A stretch of DNA of 64,000 nt from the NCBI RefSeq assembly GCF_030529325.1, contig NZ_JAUMXC010000001.1, forward strand, positions 52,342 through 116,341, in the 5' to 3' direction. Below are positions 29,582 to 40,782 of this stretch, one piece after another. Origin of the DNA: Porphyromonas sp. Lineage in GTDB: Bacteria > Bacteroidota > Bacteroidia > Bacteroidales > Porphyromonadaceae. The position numbers and the translations under genes were made by a program. The notes under the pieces are model-generated. The model was not told where the DNA came from, did not search any database, and was given only the letters and a program-made list of their open reading frames with translations. Position 1 is the stretch's first letter. The number at the start of each line of letters is the position of its first letter.

Positions 29582-31369
29582 ATGAAGCATATTCGCAACT
29601 TCTGTATCATTGCCCATATTGACCACGGTAAGAGCACCTTGGCAGACAGATTGCTGGAGGAAACCAAGACCGTAGACCAAAAGGCACTGAAAGATCAGGT
29701 GCTTGACAACATGGATCTTGAGCGTGAGCGAGGTATCACAATTAAGAGTCATGCCATACAGATGAACTACACACTGGATGGTCAAGAATATACACTCAAC
29801 CTCATAGACACTCCGGGACACGTGGACTTCTCCTACGAAGTGTCGCGATCCATTGCTGCTTGCGAAGGTGCTCTACTCATCGTTGATGCGGCACAAGGTA
29901 TCCAGGCTCAAACAATTTCTAATCTGTACATGGCTCTTGATCACGATTTGAAGATCATTCCGATCGTCAATAAGGTAGATCTCCCGAGTGCAATGCCGGA
30001 AGAGGTAACAGATGAAATCGTCGAATTACTCGGATGTGACCATGACGAAGTCATCCGTGCCAGCGGTAAGACAGGAGAAGGTGTACAAGACATCCTTAGA
30101 GCCATTATCGAACGTATCGACCCTCCCCAAGGAGATCCTGAGGCACCGCTTCAATGTCTCATCTTTGACTCTGTATTTAACTCATTCAGAGGAATTATCG
30201 CCTATTTCAAGGTGGTCAATGGCGTAATACGCAAAGGGGATCATGTAAAATTTATAGCAACAGAAAAAGAATATGAGGCAGACGAGGTCGGTGTACTCCA
30301 ACTGGATATGATGCCTCGCAAAGAGATCCGAACAGGGGATGTCGGATATATCATCTCCGGTATCAAAACCTCGAAGGAGGTTAAAGTCGGTGATACCATC
30401 ACCCATGTCAAGGGGGGAGCAAAAGAGGCAATCTCGGGATTTGAGGAAGTCAAACCTATGGTATTTGCCGGAGTCTACCCCATAGAGAGTGAAGATTTTG
30501 AGAACCTCCGCAGTTCGCTTGAAAAACTCCAACTCAACGATGCTTCGCTGACGTTCCAACCTGAGAGTTCAGCAGCCCTCGGATTTGGTTTTCGCTGTGG
30601 GTTTTTAGGTCTTCTGCACATGGAAATCATCCAAGAGCGTCTCGATAGAGAATACAACATGAATGTCATCACGACAGTCCCCAACGTATCTTATCTCGTT
30701 TACGACAAGAAAGGTGGAGTAACAGAGGTACACAACCCTTCCGGACTACCTGACCCTGCAACGATCGACAAGATAGAAGAGCCATTTATCCGAGCATCGG
30801 TCATCACCGATACTACGTACATAGGACCAATCATGACGCTGTGTCTTGGCAAGCGCGGTGTGCTGGTACGACAAGACTATATCTGGGGTAATCGTATAGA
30901 GATCATCTACGACCTACCTTTGGGTGAGATCGTAATTGACTTTTATGACAAACTTAAGAGTGTATCCAAGGGGTATGCCTCATTTGATTACACTATCCAT
31001 GACTTTCGGGAATCTAAGCTTGTCAAACTCGACATTCTGCTGAACGGGGAGCCTGTCGATGCTCTATCCACACTGACACATATCGACAATAGCGTAACTT
31101 TCGGGCGTCGCATGTGTGAAAAGCTCAAGGAACTCATCCCCCGCCAACAATTTGACATAGCCATACAAGCAGCTATCGGAGCTAAGATCATTGCTCGCGA
31201 GACCATAAAAGCTGTACGTAAAGACGTAACAGCGAAGTGTTACGGTGGTGACATCTCTCGTAAACGCAAACTCCTCGAAAAGCAAAAAGAGGGGAAGAAG
31301 CGTATGAAACAGATCGGTACTGTAGAAGTACCTCAAAAGGCATTCTTGGCAGTCTTAAAGCTTGACTAA
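29582..31369 (+). CDS. lepA: Elongation factor 4
   Basis: [22 protein letters not shown]; 595 aa. Confidence 0.95.
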   Translation: MKHIRNFCIIAHIDHGKSTLADRLLEETKTVDQKALKDQVLDNMDLERERGITIKSHAIQMNYTLDGQEYTLNLIDTPGHVDFSYEVSRSIAACEGALLIVDAAQGIQAQTISNLYMALDHDLKIIPIVNKVDLPSAMPEEVTDEIVELLGCDHDEVIRASGKTGEGVQDILRAIIERIDPPQGDPEAPLQCLIFDSVFNSFRGIIAYFKVVNGVIRKGDHVKFIATEKEYEADEVGVLQLDMMPRKEIRTGDVGYIISGIKTSKEVKVGDTITHVKGGAKEAISGFEEVKPMVFAGVYPIESEDFENLRSSLEKLQLNDASLTFQPESSAALGFGFRCGFLGLLHMEIIQERLDREYNMNVITTVPNVSYLVYDKKGGVTEVHNPSGLPDPATIDKIEEPFIRASVITDTTYIGPIMTLCLGKRGVLVRQDYIWGNRIEIIYDLPLGEIVIDFYDKLKSVSKGYASFDYTIHDFRESKLVKLDILLNGEPVDALSTLTHIDNSVTFGRRMCEKLKELIPRQQFDIAIQAAIGAKIIARETIKAVRKDVTAKCYGGDISRKRKLLEKQKEGKKRMKQIGTVEVPQKAFLAVLKLD

Positions 31370-31372
31370 GTC

Positions 31373-32875
31373 ATGGCAGAAGCAGCAAGTAAAAAGTTTA
31401 CAAAAAAAAACAGCAACGAAGAGACCAACACCAGGCCTACTCGTGTTCCTCCTCACAGTGTGGAAACAGAGGAGATAGTCCTTGGTGCGCTGATGATAGA
31501 GAAGGATGCTTATCCTCTCGTGGGGGAGTTGCTGCGCCCCGAATGCTTTTATGAGCCTAAAAATCGCCACATATTTGAAGCTATACGTGACCTAGCCCTA
31601 CTTGAGCGTCCGGTGGATATCCAAACTGTCATCGAGCAGCTAAAGAAAAATAAGACTCTGCATGAGGTGGGTGGAGAATACTACCCTATCCTACTATCGA
31701 GTCAGATCAACAGTACCGCGCACCTTGAGACCCATGCCCGTATACTCTACGACAAGGCCCTCCAACGAGAACTGATCAGTTTTGGAAATCAGGTGATAAA
31801 AAATGCATTTGATGAAAGTCTGGACGTGGTGGACACGATGCAGGAAGCAGAAAGCAAGCTCTTCGAGATCACTCAGCGCACAGATAAAGATGAGGTAGAG
31901 CATGTCAAACTACTCATTGGAGATGCTCTGAAACAGATAGAGCAGGCGAGCAGTCGTAAAGAGGGTATCAGTGGACTCAACACCGGGTTCCGAGAGATTG
32001 ATGATATGACTTCAGGCTGGCAAAGTCCTGACCTTGTGATCATCGCAGCCCGACCTGCGATGGGAAAAACGGCATTCGTCCTCTCTATGGCAAAGTCCAT
32101 GGCGATGGACTATGACATCCCCGTAGCGATATTCAGTCTGGAAATGAGTAAAACTCAGATCATGACTCGTCTCATCGTCAACCATACAGAGATATCCAAC
32201 GACAAGATAAAGCGAGGCAACCTAAATCAAGAAGAACTAAGGCAGTTGACAGAAGGGCTGGATCCACTTTATAATGCCCCTCTATTTATAGATGACAATG
32301 CCGGTCTATCTATCTTTGATCTACGCTCCAAAGCCCGTAGGCTCGTCCGAGAACAAGGCGTGAAGATGATTATCATTGACTACCTCCAGCTCATGACTGC
32401 AAGCGGTATGCGAGCAAACACAAATCGCGAACAAGAGGTAAGTATGATATCTCGCTCCCTAAAACAACTTGCGAAAGAGCTGAACATCCCAATCATTGCC
32501 CTATCCCAGCTGAATCGTAGTGTAGAAAATCGTGGGGATGGTAAGATACCTCAACTTTCGGACCTTCGCGAGTCTGGAGCTATTGAACAGGACGCCGATA
32601 TGGTATGCTTCATCCACAGACCGGAATATTATGGAATTACTGAAGATAAAGAAGACGGACGAGACTTGAGAGGCTTAGGGCAGTTTATCATTGCCAAGCA
32701 CCGTAATGGTCCGACGGGAGCAGTCTACCTAAGATTCAGACAAGAATTCATCAAGTTTGCCAGTGCCCTTGATCATCCGATACATGACAAGAAAGAACAT
32801 GTCACGATGACATCATCTCTCAACTCAAACAGATATGCTACCGAAACAACAATAGTAGATGACTTGGAAGCATAG
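31373..32875 (+). CDS. dnaB: Replicative DNA helicase DnaB
   Basis: DnaB N-domain plus RecA-like domain (Walker A GKT, Walker B IIDYLQLM); 500 aa, no intein. Confidence 0.9.
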   Translation: MAEAASKKFTKKNSNEETNTRPTRVPPHSVETEEIVLGALMIEKDAYPLVGELLRPECFYEPKNRHIFEAIRDLALLERPVDIQTVIEQLKKNKTLHEVGGEYYPILLSSQINSTAHLETHARILYDKALQRELISFGNQVIKNAFDESLDVVDTMQEAESKLFEITQRTDKDEVEHVKLLIGDALKQIEQASSRKEGISGLNTGFREIDDMTSGWQSPDLVIIAARPAMGKTAFVLSMAKSMAMDYDIPVAIFSLEMSKTQIMTRLIVNHTEISNDKIKRGNLNQEELRQLTEGLDPLYNAPLFIDDNAGLSIFDLRSKARRLVREQGVKMIIIDYLQLMTASGMRANTNREQEVSMISRSLKQLAKELNIPIIALSQLNRSVENRGDGKIPQLSDLRESGAIEQDADMVCFIHRPEYYGITEDKEDGRDLRGLGQFIIAKHRNGPTGAVYLRFRQEFIKFASALDHPIHDKKEHVTMTSSLNSNRYATETTIVDDLEA

Positions 32876-32955
32876 ATAAGTTTGATCAAATGACTCACTT
32901 GAATTTATTTGTATATTTGTAAGGATCGTGATCCTTAGAATAATCTAATCAAAAC

Positions 32956-33837
32956 ATGGGACAGAAAGTAACGAGACATAGCCCAGGATTTTGGCATTCG
33001 AGACTTACCGGGATTGTAAGTGTCTCGATGGTACTATTCCTAATTGGGTTGATCGTAATGATGGGGTTAGTGGGAAGAGAACTAAAAAACTACGTACAAG
33101 AAAGTATGACAGTATCTGTCCTCATGTCCCCAAATGCATCAGACAAGGATATCAAAGTCCTCTCAACCTTTTTGAAAACGACAGAGGGAATAAAAGGCAT
33201 TGAGTATATATCAAAAGAGGAAGCTCTTGAAGAGATTTCAAAAGAATTAGGTGAAGATCCCCAAGATTTTTTGGGTTGGAATCCTTTAGCTCCGGCTTTT
33301 GAACTAACGCTGAAAGCAGAGATCTCTGCTGACAAAGTTGAAGCAGATAAAATTGTTGCAAACATAGAAAAACATGATCTTGTTCAGAAAATAATCTATA
33401 AGAGAGATCTTTTGGAAAAGATCAATGATAATATCCGTGTTTTAAGTTTGGCAATGACAGCTATTGCCGGGCTATTACTTTTAGTATCTTTCGCCCTGAT
33501 CAGCAATACAATAAAACTGATGATATATGCTCGTAGATTCTCAATCTACACCATGCGTCTCGTAGGAGCCACACCTGGATTTATATGTAGACCTTTTATT
33601 GCACAAAATCTAATCAATGGAGCTATCGCGGCCGTCATTGCATTGGGCCTTTTAGCTTGGGGCGCCTACTATTTAGCATCTTTATATCCTATCATGGGCT
33701 CCCTACTGACATGGCAGAATGCCATAGTACTATGCGGAGCAGTGATTCTTTTTGGAGTCCTGATTTCTGTTTGGTCAGCAGCAGTAACAGTAAATAAGTA
33801 CATGCGAATGGACATGAACAAGTTGTATCGTATCTAA
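32956..33837 (+). CDS. ftsX: Cell division permease FtsX-like
   Basis: 4 TM with a large periplasmic loop; 293 aa. Confidence 0.75.
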   Translation: MGQKVTRHSPGFWHSRLTGIVSVSMVLFLIGLIVMMGLVGRELKNYVQESMTVSVLMSPNASDKDIKVLSTFLKTTEGIKGIEYISKEEALEEISKELGEDPQDFLGWNPLAPAFELTLKAEISADKVEADKIVANIEKHDLVQKIIYKRDLLEKINDNIRVLSLAMTAIAGLLLLVSFALISNTIKLMIYARRFSIYTMRLVGATPGFICRPFIAQNLINGAIAAVIALGLLAWGAYYLASLYPIMGSLLTWQNAIVLCGAVILFGVLISVWSAAVTVNKYMRMDMNKLYRI

Positions 33838-33848
33838 ACATCCAACAA

Positions 33849-34112
33849 ATGAAAGAGAAACCATATAAATTATACACGTTCACCAAGATCAACTTATATA
33901 TCTTTTCAGCATCAATAATACTCATTATTTTGGGTTATGCCCTGATGGCGGGTGGAACATCACCGGATGGCGTAAGTTTCAATCCGGAAGTTTTTTCAAA
34001 CACAAGAATCAAAATTGCTCCGGTATTGTGCACCCTTGGCTATATTGGGATCCTTGTTGCCATACTTTGGCGCTCTAAAAAAGTAACTACAAACGATAAC
34101 CATAACGAGTAA
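33849..34112 (+). CDS. DUF3098 small membrane protein
   Basis: 87 aa, 2 TM; conserved ftsX-DUF3098-uppP arrangement in Bacteroidetes. Confidence 0.6.
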   Translation: MKEKPYKLYTFTKINLYIFSASIILIILGYALMAGGTSPDGVSFNPEVFSNTRIKIAPVLCTLGYIGILVAILWRSKKVTTNDNHNE

Positions 34113-34117
34113 AGCCC

Positions 34118-34969
34118 ATGTCTATACTCGAAGCCATTATACTTGCTATTGTAGAAGGACTTACAGAATTTCTTCCGATTTCCAGCACAGGGCATATGAT
34201 CATCACACAAGCCCTAATGGGTATGGAGAGTACAGAGTATGTCAAGTCATTCACAGTGATGATACAGCTTGGAGCAATCCTTTCTGTTGTTGTTTTATAT
34301 TTCAAGAGATTTATAAACTTTAGCCTGCCATCAGATATGTGGCATGGAAATATTCCTGAATGGAGACGTTTTTTAGCTCGCTTCCGATTTTACTTCAAAT
34401 TGATCGTGGGGCTGATCCCTGCAGTGATATTTGGACTAATTTTCAACAATTGGATAGATGAAGTTTTGGGATCCGTATGGGTAATTGCAGTGAACCTTAT
34501 CATCGGTGGTATTGTTATGCTCTTTGTAGACAGTATTATCCGAAATAATGAACGCTCCGAGGTTACGTATCCCAATGCCATCATAATAGGGTTCTTTCAG
34601 TGTCTCGCAATCCTCTTACCCGGCATGTCAAGATCAATGTGCACCATTGTTGGAGGAATGACACAAGGACTGACTCGTAAAACTGCGGCGGAATTCAGCT
34701 TCTTTTTAGCTGTCCCAACGATGTTTGGAGCAGCCCTTCTCAAAGCCTATAAAATGTGGGAAAGTGGGGGAAAACAAATATTTGTTGACAACCTAAACAC
34801 TCTCATCATAGGAAATGTGGTATCATTCATTGTCGGTCTTTTGGCGATAAAATTTTTCATCTCCTACTTGGGCAAGCATGGATTTAGGGCGTTTGGGATA
34901 TACCGTATATTGGTTGGAGGTACAATCATAACGATGATACTCCTTGGAGTAGATCTTGCAGTGATTTAA
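34118..34969 (+). CDS. uppP: Undecaprenyl-diphosphate phosphatase
   Basis: MSILEAIILAIVEGLTEFLPISSTGH BacA N-terminus. Confidence 0.9.
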   Translation: MSILEAIILAIVEGLTEFLPISSTGHMIITQALMGMESTEYVKSFTVMIQLGAILSVVVLYFKRFINFSLPSDMWHGNIPEWRRFLARFRFYFKLIVGLIPAVIFGLIFNNWIDEVLGSVWVIAVNLIIGGIVMLFVDSIIRNNERSEVTYPNAIIIGFFQCLAILLPGMSRSMCTIVGGMTQGLTRKTAAEFSFFLAVPTMFGAALLKAYKMWESGGKQIFVDNLNTLIIGNVVSFIVGLLAIKFFISYLGKHGFRAFGIYRILVGGTIITMILLGVDLAVI

Positions 34970-34971
34970 TT

Positions 34972-35757
34972 GTGATTTTAACATCATTGATGACAAATAT
35001 AGATAACAAAACTGCCCAACAAGAACATGAAAAGAAGTTGGAAAATCCATTTTCAAAGGGGCTTATCATAGGGATAGAGAAACCTTATGGTTGGACATCT
35101 TTTGATGTGGTCAATAAGGTACGCTATCTATTGACTAAAAGACTAAAACTAAAAAAGCTGAAAGTCGGACATGCCGGCACCCTTGATCCTCTTGCGACAG
35201 GCGTGGTAGTACTTTGCACAGGAAAGTCTACCAAAATGATAGAAGGACTCCAGACTCATGCAAAGACATACCGTACAACGATTAGGTTGGGGGCAACAAC
35301 GCCATCGTATGATATGGAGACAGAAGTAGACGCTCTCTACCCTACACAACACATAACTCAAGAGTTGGTAGAGAAGGTTTTAAATAGTTTTGTAGGAGAG
35401 ATCCAACAAGTTCCCCCGACATTTTCAGCTTGCAAAGTCGAAGGGCAACGAGCGTATGAGATGGCACGAAAGGGTAAAAGTGTAGAACTTAAAGCAAAGA
35501 CTATCTATATAAATAATATCCGCTTGATCCGATATACACAAAACGAGATCGAGATTGAAGTTGATTGTGGGAAAGGCACCTATATACGGGCATTGGCTCG
35601 AGACATAGGAAAAGCTCTAGATAGCGGAGGATACCTGACGTCTCTGCGACGTACTCGATCAGGAAATATAGATGAATCAAACCTCATTACGATGGAAGAG
35701 GTACCAAGTTGGATAGAAAGAACTTTGGCTTCATATATACCTACCCAACAACAATAA
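34972..35757 (+). CDS. truB: tRNA pseudouridine(55) synthase
   Basis: Catalytic-Asp motif GHAGTLDPLATGVV. Confidence 0.9.
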   Translation: MILTSLMTNIDNKTAQQEHEKKLENPFSKGLIIGIEKPYGWTSFDVVNKVRYLLTKRLKLKKLKVGHAGTLDPLATGVVVLCTGKSTKMIEGLQTHAKTYRTTIRLGATTPSYDMETEVDALYPTQHITQELVEKVLNSFVGEIQQVPPTFSACKVEGQRAYEMARKGKSVELKAKTIYINNIRLIRYTQNEIEIEVDCGKGTYIRALARDIGKALDSGGYLTSLRRTRSGNIDESNLITMEEVPSWIERTLASYIPTQQQ

Positions 35758-35787
35758 GTAAGACAACGAATATACGGAAGATATAGT

Positions 35788-36837
35788 ATGAAACTTTCTC
35801 AATTTAATTTCAAGTTGCCAGAGCAATTAATAGCTCAATATCCGGCTAAATTTAGAGACGAATCTCGCCTCCTCGTATTACACTCTAAAACGGGAGAGAT
35901 AGAACACAAAGTATTTAAGGACATCACCCAATACTTTGGAAAAGATGATGTGTTTGTCTTTAACAACACAAAAGTGTTTCCAGCTCGTCTCTATGGCAAT
36001 AAGGAAAAAACAAATGCAAAGATTGAAGTTTTTCTGCTCCGTGAATTGAAAGCAGAGCAACTGCTTTGGGATGTCCTTGTGGATCCTGCTCGAAAAATAA
36101 GAATCGGCAACAAACTATTCTTTGGAGAAGATGACTCTCTCGTTGCTGAAGTAATTGATAACACTACATCCCGTGGGCGTACACTGAGATTCCTATACGA
36201 TGGGACTCACGAAGAGTTTAAGGCAGCATTATTTGCTTTGGGACATACTCCGCTGCCTAAATATATCCAAAGAGAACCCGAACCCGAAGATGAAGATCGA
36301 TACCAAACAATCTTTGCTGAAGTAGAAGGAGCTGTCGTAGCTCCAGCTGCCGGATTACATTTCAGCCGAGAGTTGATGAAACGATTAGAAATACAGGACT
36401 GTCGGTTTGGATATTTGACCCTGCATACAGGTCTGACGGCATATCGAGACATTGATGTGGATGATCTGACAAAATATAAGATGGGCTCTGAACTCATGAG
36501 TGTCAATGGTGCATGCTGCAAGGCTGTAAATGACGCCATATCAAAAGGAGGCCGTATGTGTGCAGTGGGTACTTCTGTCCTAAAAGCTCTTGAGACATGT
36601 ATTAGTACGGACGGATTTATCAAGGAATTTGAAGGATGGACAAGCCGATTTATATTCCCTCCCTATGAATTTCGTGCGAAGGCTGCCATGGTAACCAACT
36701 TCCATATGCCCTACTCTTCTCTATTGATGATGACTGCTGCCCTTGGAGGGTATGACCATGTTATGAATGCATATGATGTTGCAGTCAAAGAGGAGTATCG
36801 CTTTGGCGCTTATGGAGATGCAATGCTAATTCTCTAA
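35788..36837 (+). CDS. queA: S-adenosylmethionine:tRNA ribosyltransferase-isomerase
   Basis: [19 protein letters not shown]... QueA N-terminus; 349 aa. Confidence 0.9.
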   Translation: MKLSQFNFKLPEQLIAQYPAKFRDESRLLVLHSKTGEIEHKVFKDITQYFGKDDVFVFNNTKVFPARLYGNKEKTNAKIEVFLLRELKAEQLLWDVLVDPARKIRIGNKLFFGEDDSLVAEVIDNTTSRGRTLRFLYDGTHEEFKAALFALGHTPLPKYIQREPEPEDEDRYQTIFAEVEGAVVAPAAGLHFSRELMKRLEIQDCRFGYLTLHTGLTAYRDIDVDDLTKYKMGSELMSVNGACCKAVNDAISKGGRMCAVGTSVLKALETCISTDGFIKEFEGWTSRFIFPPYEFRAKAAMVTNFHMPYSSLLMMTAALGGYDHVMNAYDVAVKEEYRFGAYGDAMLIL

Positions 36838-36852
36838 ATATATTCTTTATTT

Positions 36853-37335
36853 ATGGTAAGATCAAGTAGAACATATTATCTCGGTCTTGGGTCGAATATA
36901 GGTGATACTCAGCATTACCTATCCTTTGCAAGAGAAGCTATCTCAAGACATGTTGGGGAAATAATAAAAGAATCCACCGTCATCTACTCAGAACCGGAAG
37001 GGTTTGAGTCCGCAAACACATTCAGCAATCAAGTGATCGCAGTCCGTAGTAGCCTTAGACCCAAAGAACTATTGGCAGAAACGCAGAGGATAGAGCGAGA
37101 ACTTGGACGCACTCACAAATCCCACGATGGGACTCACTATGATCGTACAATAGATATTGATATTATCTTGTGTGGAGATCTGGTGTACAGCGATCATGAG
37201 CTAACTATCCCCCATAAAGAGTTTAGGACTCGCTCTTTTGTTATCAATCTACTGAAGGAGGTTGCACCCGAGATGGTAGATCCGGTAACTCAAAAAACAA
37301 TGAAAGATCTCGCTCAGATAGCAAAAAGAAAATAA
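36853..37335 (+). CDS. folK: 2-amino-4-hydroxy-6-hydroxymethyldihydropteridine diphosphokinase
   Basis: YYLGLGSNIGD HPPK motif; 160 aa. Confidence 0.85.
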   Translation: MVRSSRTYYLGLGSNIGDTQHYLSFAREAISRHVGEIIKESTVIYSEPEGFESANTFSNQVIAVRSSLRPKELLAETQRIERELGRTHKSHDGTHYDRTIDIDIILCGDLVYSDHELTIPHKEFRTRSFVINLLKEVAPEMVDPVTQKTMKDLAQIAKRK

Positions 37336-37767
37336 ATGGGACGACTTGTCGCTATAGACATAGGACGTAAAAGGACTGGCATAGCCGCAACAGACATCAT
37401 GCAAATAGTCCCGGGAGGATTGGGGTATCTCCCAACTCACCAAGTACCTGCTTGGCTGGAGGAATATTGCAAGAAAGAACCTGTAGATAAACTTATAATC
37501 GGAGAGCCTAAACAAGCAAATTACAGCGACTCTGAGAGCGTCAAATATATCAATCCTGTTATCAATCGGATAAGAAAGGTTTTGCCAAACTTGGAGATTG
37601 TACGCTACGACGAAAGATACACTTCAGTCTTGGCACACCAGACGATGATCGAAGCCGGACTGAAGCAACATAAAAGAAGAGAAAAAGGACTAGTCGATGA
37701 AATAAGTGCAGTAATAATATTACGAGACTATATGGAGCATGTCGACTGTATGTCCGGAAAAAAATAA
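37336..37767 (+). CDS. ruvX: Holliday junction resolvase-like RuvX/YqgF
   Basis: MGRLVAIDIGRKRTGIA; 143 aa. Confidence 0.85.
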   Translation: MGRLVAIDIGRKRTGIAATDIMQIVPGGLGYLPTHQVPAWLEEYCKKEPVDKLIIGEPKQANYSDSESVKYINPVINRIRKVLPNLEIVRYDERYTSVLAHQTMIEAGLKQHKRREKGLVDEISAVIILRDYMEHVDCMSGKK

Positions 37768-37791
37768 AAATAAGGGTATATATAATCAAAT

Positions 37792-38346
37792 ATGAAACTT
37801 CCAATTTACCTGTACGGTCATCCTATACTTAGAGAAGAGACAATAGAAATAGATGCCAAATATCCGGATCTAAAGAAACTGATAGAAGACATGTATGAGA
37901 CGATGTATGACGCTGAAGGCATTGGTTTAGCCGCTCCACAAATAGGTAAAGCCATACGTCTCATGGTCATCGACGCGGATGTTTTAGCAGAGGATTTTCC
38001 GGAATGTAAAGATTTCAAGAAGGTGTTCATCAACCCCAAGATAACAAAACATAATGATGAAGAAGTCTCTCTGAATGAGGGATGTCTGAGTATACCTGGT
38101 ATTCAGGAAAAAGTATCAAGACCCACCGAAATCACTGTCGAATATCTTGATGAAGAACTCCAACCACAGACCATAGACCTTACGGGATTTGCAGCCAGAG
38201 TCTTTCAGCATGAATTTGATCATATAGAGCAAACCCTCTTCACAGATAGGATTTCACCGATGAGAAAGCAAATGATCAAATCTAAGCTATCTAAAATCTC
38301 TCAAGGTCAAGTCAATTGCCACTATCGTACGGTCTGCAAGCGCTAA
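37792..38346 (+). CDS. def: Peptide deformylase
   Basis: Motifs GIGLAAPQIG, EGCLSIPG and HEFDH. Confidence 0.9.
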   Translation: MKLPIYLYGHPILREETIEIDAKYPDLKKLIEDMYETMYDAEGIGLAAPQIGKAIRLMVIDADVLAEDFPECKDFKKVFINPKITKHNDEEVSLNEGCLSIPGIQEKVSRPTEITVEYLDEELQPQTIDLTGFAARVFQHEFDHIEQTLFTDRISPMRKQMIKSKLSKISQGQVNCHYRTVCKR

Positions 38347-38388
38347 GGCATAAGTTAAAGCATCATGTAGAAACAAAAACTCAAACTC

Positions 38389-40467
38389 ATGAAAACGCGT
38401 ATCTGGCAACTGTTTATCATTATCATAGGGCTACAAGGACTCTCAAAAGAAGTAGTAGCACAGATAGACACAGATCGCGTCATAACTATTGGTCGAAACG
38501 CCATTTCTTTCAAGGACTATGTTTTGGCCATTCAGTATTTCAATACTGCCATACGTTACTCTCCTGAGATTGCAGAACCTTACTTCTATCGGGGAGTCGC
38601 AAAATACAGTCTCGATGACTTACATGGCACCGAGGAAGACTGCAACTTGTGCTTGGAGCGCAACCCCTATATTTATCAAGCGTATTTTCTTAGAGCTATC
38701 GCCCGCCACACTTTAGGGAAAGACACCTTGGCATTATCAGACTATGAGAAGGTGCTAAAAAACAACCCTGATGACCAAGGTTCTTTACACAACATATCTC
38801 TGTTATATATTTCTCAAAAAGACACTATCAGTGCGCGCAAAACTCTTGAGCGACTCAAGAGATTCTATCCTACATATTCCCCTACATATCTAATAGAGGG
38901 TGGGATTGCCCTCTCTCAAAAAGACACTGTAGCAGCGAAAGCCTTATTTAAAAAGGGAGCTGAACTAAACCCCACTGCCACATCTCCCTATGTTTCATTG
39001 GCAGGAATAGCTTATGCTCAAAAGGATTATCATCAAGCATTAGACTACCTGAATAGGGCTCTATTTCTTGATCCTGAAGCCGCCGATCTGTACACAAATC
39101 GTGGACTCATTCATTTCCAACTTAACAATCTCAGAGGTGCAATGGCAGATTATACCACAGCCATTGACTTGAAATCCAATAATCTCCTCGCACTGTATAA
39201 TAGAGCACTCCTAAGGAGCCGAGTGGGAGAACTCCATGGTGCGGTAGAAGACTTCAATATCATCTTGCAGTACGAACCGGGTAATTCTTTTGCACACTTC
39301 AACAGAGGACTTCTCTTGACAAATTTAGGTTTCTACAGCCAAGCAAGAACAGATTTTGATTACATCATAGATCGCCATCCAACTTTCATACCGGCCTATC
39401 TTCAGAGAGCATCTGTCCTCCGTAATATTGGAGATGTTAGAGGTGCAGAAATAGATATGTACAGGGCCTCTCAGATCATGAATGATCTCAAAGTACGTGC
39501 ATCCCTAAAAAAACGTGGAGGAAACTCTCGTAGCTCTATCGACTCCAATGATGATCCAAATACAAAAGACACGAGAGACGAAAGAGATGACAATATCCGG
39601 AAGTTTAGGATGTTGGTATATGATGGTCGCAAGAAAGGATATAATGATCTGTATCAAAGCGAAGAAAATCTCCGAGGGCGTATCCAAGATCGTAAAGGTA
39701 GCATTGAACCTGAGCCTATGTACATCCTCTCATATTATGAGAAAGAAAGCAAAGGGCACATTGAATCAAACACTTACAACAACTATCTTGGTCATCCCAA
39801 TACCCCCTATTCATTGAAGATGGTTCGCCAACTACCGCTGTTGAACGAAAGAGTCATCTCGGAACATCAGAAGAATCTTGAATCTCCAATAGATCCGGCA
39901 AATATGGACGAAAACTTTGCTCGAGTAATGGATCTACTCACCCTCAAGGATTATTCCGGAGCTAAGGTTCTGATAGAAAAAATGCTCAAAGATGAAAAAT
40001 CTACTCTCACATCCCTATTGAGATTTCAATATGCAACAACACTCATGTATCTGAGGTCACTTGAGGAAAAAAATATTTCCATAGAGGAAGTTCAAGCTAA
40101 AAAACGCCAACGATCTTGGGAGACAACCCTCCAAAGTAGCCTACTATCATCTTCAACGATTATAGGCAAAAAACTTTGTGAAGAGGCTCTACACGAATTA
40201 GAAATACTTAAGGCTTCATACCCTGAGGACAGATTTATCCTCTACAATATCGGGTGTGTTTATCAGACTTTAGGAGCACACGAAGAAGCAATAAAACATT
40301 TTGCTTTGGCGATAGCAAAAGACAACCAATCCGCTGCATCATATTTCAACAAGGCTTTATCTCATTATGCACTTGGAGAAAAAGCCAAGGGCGACAATGA
40401 CATGAGCCTCGCAGGCTCTTTAGGTCTGTATAAAGCATACAGTATTATCAAACGTATGCAACAATAA
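38389..40467 (+). CDS. Secreted tetratricopeptide-repeat protein
   Basis: Signal peptide; many TPR units (AxxYFNxA, YxxRGxxxxxLxxxxxA pattern); 692 aa. Confidence 0.75.
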   Translation: MKTRIWQLFIIIIGLQGLSKEVVAQIDTDRVITIGRNAISFKDYVLAIQYFNTAIRYSPEIAEPYFYRGVAKYSLDDLHGTEEDCNLCLERNPYIYQAYFLRAIARHTLGKDTLALSDYEKVLKNNPDDQGSLHNISLLYISQKDTISARKTLERLKRFYPTYSPTYLIEGGIALSQKDTVAAKALFKKGAELNPTATSPYVSLAGIAYAQKDYHQALDYLNRALFLDPEAADLYTNRGLIHFQLNNLRGAMADYTTAIDLKSNNLLALYNRALLRSRVGELHGAVEDFNIILQYEPGNSFAHFNRGLLLTNLGFYSQARTDFDYIIDRHPTFIPAYLQRASVLRNIGDVRGAEIDMYRASQIMNDLKVRASLKKRGGNSRSSIDSNDDPNTKDTRDERDDNIRKFRMLVYDGRKKGYNDLYQSEENLRGRIQDRKGSIEPEPMYILSYYEKESKGHIESNTYNNYLGHPNTPYSLKMVRQLPLLNERVISEHQKNLESPIDPANMDENFARVMDLLTLKDYSGAKVLIEKMLKDEKSTLTSLLRFQYATTLMYLRSLEEKNISIEEVQAKKRQRSWETTLQSSLLSSSTIIGKKLCEEALHELEILKASYPEDRFILYNIGCVYQTLGAHEEAIKHFALAIAKDNQSAASYFNKALSHYALGEKAKGDNDMSLAGSLGLYKAYSIIKRMQQ

Positions 40468-40494
40468 AAGGTGTAAAGGCAACCCACATCCACC

Positions 40495-40721
40495 AGGGCA
40501 ACCGCATCAAATCTTTAGTATCTTTTTGAGATAGTCCATATTCAGAGCGGCTTTGAACAGCCTCTTCCGTAAGGATAGCTTGTCTTTATGTTGCGAGACA
40601 ATGGCTAAGGCGAACTTTCTTAGCGTGTTTAGATTAGTCGCTGAATAATCCTTACGAGCACGGCAAGCATTTTCTCTAAAGGTTACATCCAAATGCCAGT
40701 GCAGGGCAGCCGCATCAAGCA
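40495..40721 (-). pseudogene. DDE_Tnp_1 (IS4/IS5-superfamily) transposase C-terminal remnant with the terminal IR
   Basis: Minus-strand reading ...AALHWHLDVTFRENACRARKDYSATNLNTLRKFALAI... is the classic transposase C-terminal HWxLDVxFxED...R...A.NLA.LR..AL motif. It is followed by the stop and the terminal repeat CAGGGCAACCGCATCAA (40495-40511), and a second near-copy CAGGGCAGCCGCATCAAG (40704-40721) lies at the upstream boundary where an in-frame TAG ends the homology. Confidence 0.65.
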
Positions 40722-40782
40722 GACGCTACGCCTTACACCTCATCCATTAGTAGAAAGTATTATCTTCTCAACTTGAAAAAAG

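Noticed and set aside
40507-40692. 61 aa ORF called as a gene
   Set aside because: It begins with TTG in the track, its frame continues upstream without a start, and its sequence is the C-terminal tail of a DDE transposase. It is annotated as a pseudogene/IS remnant instead.
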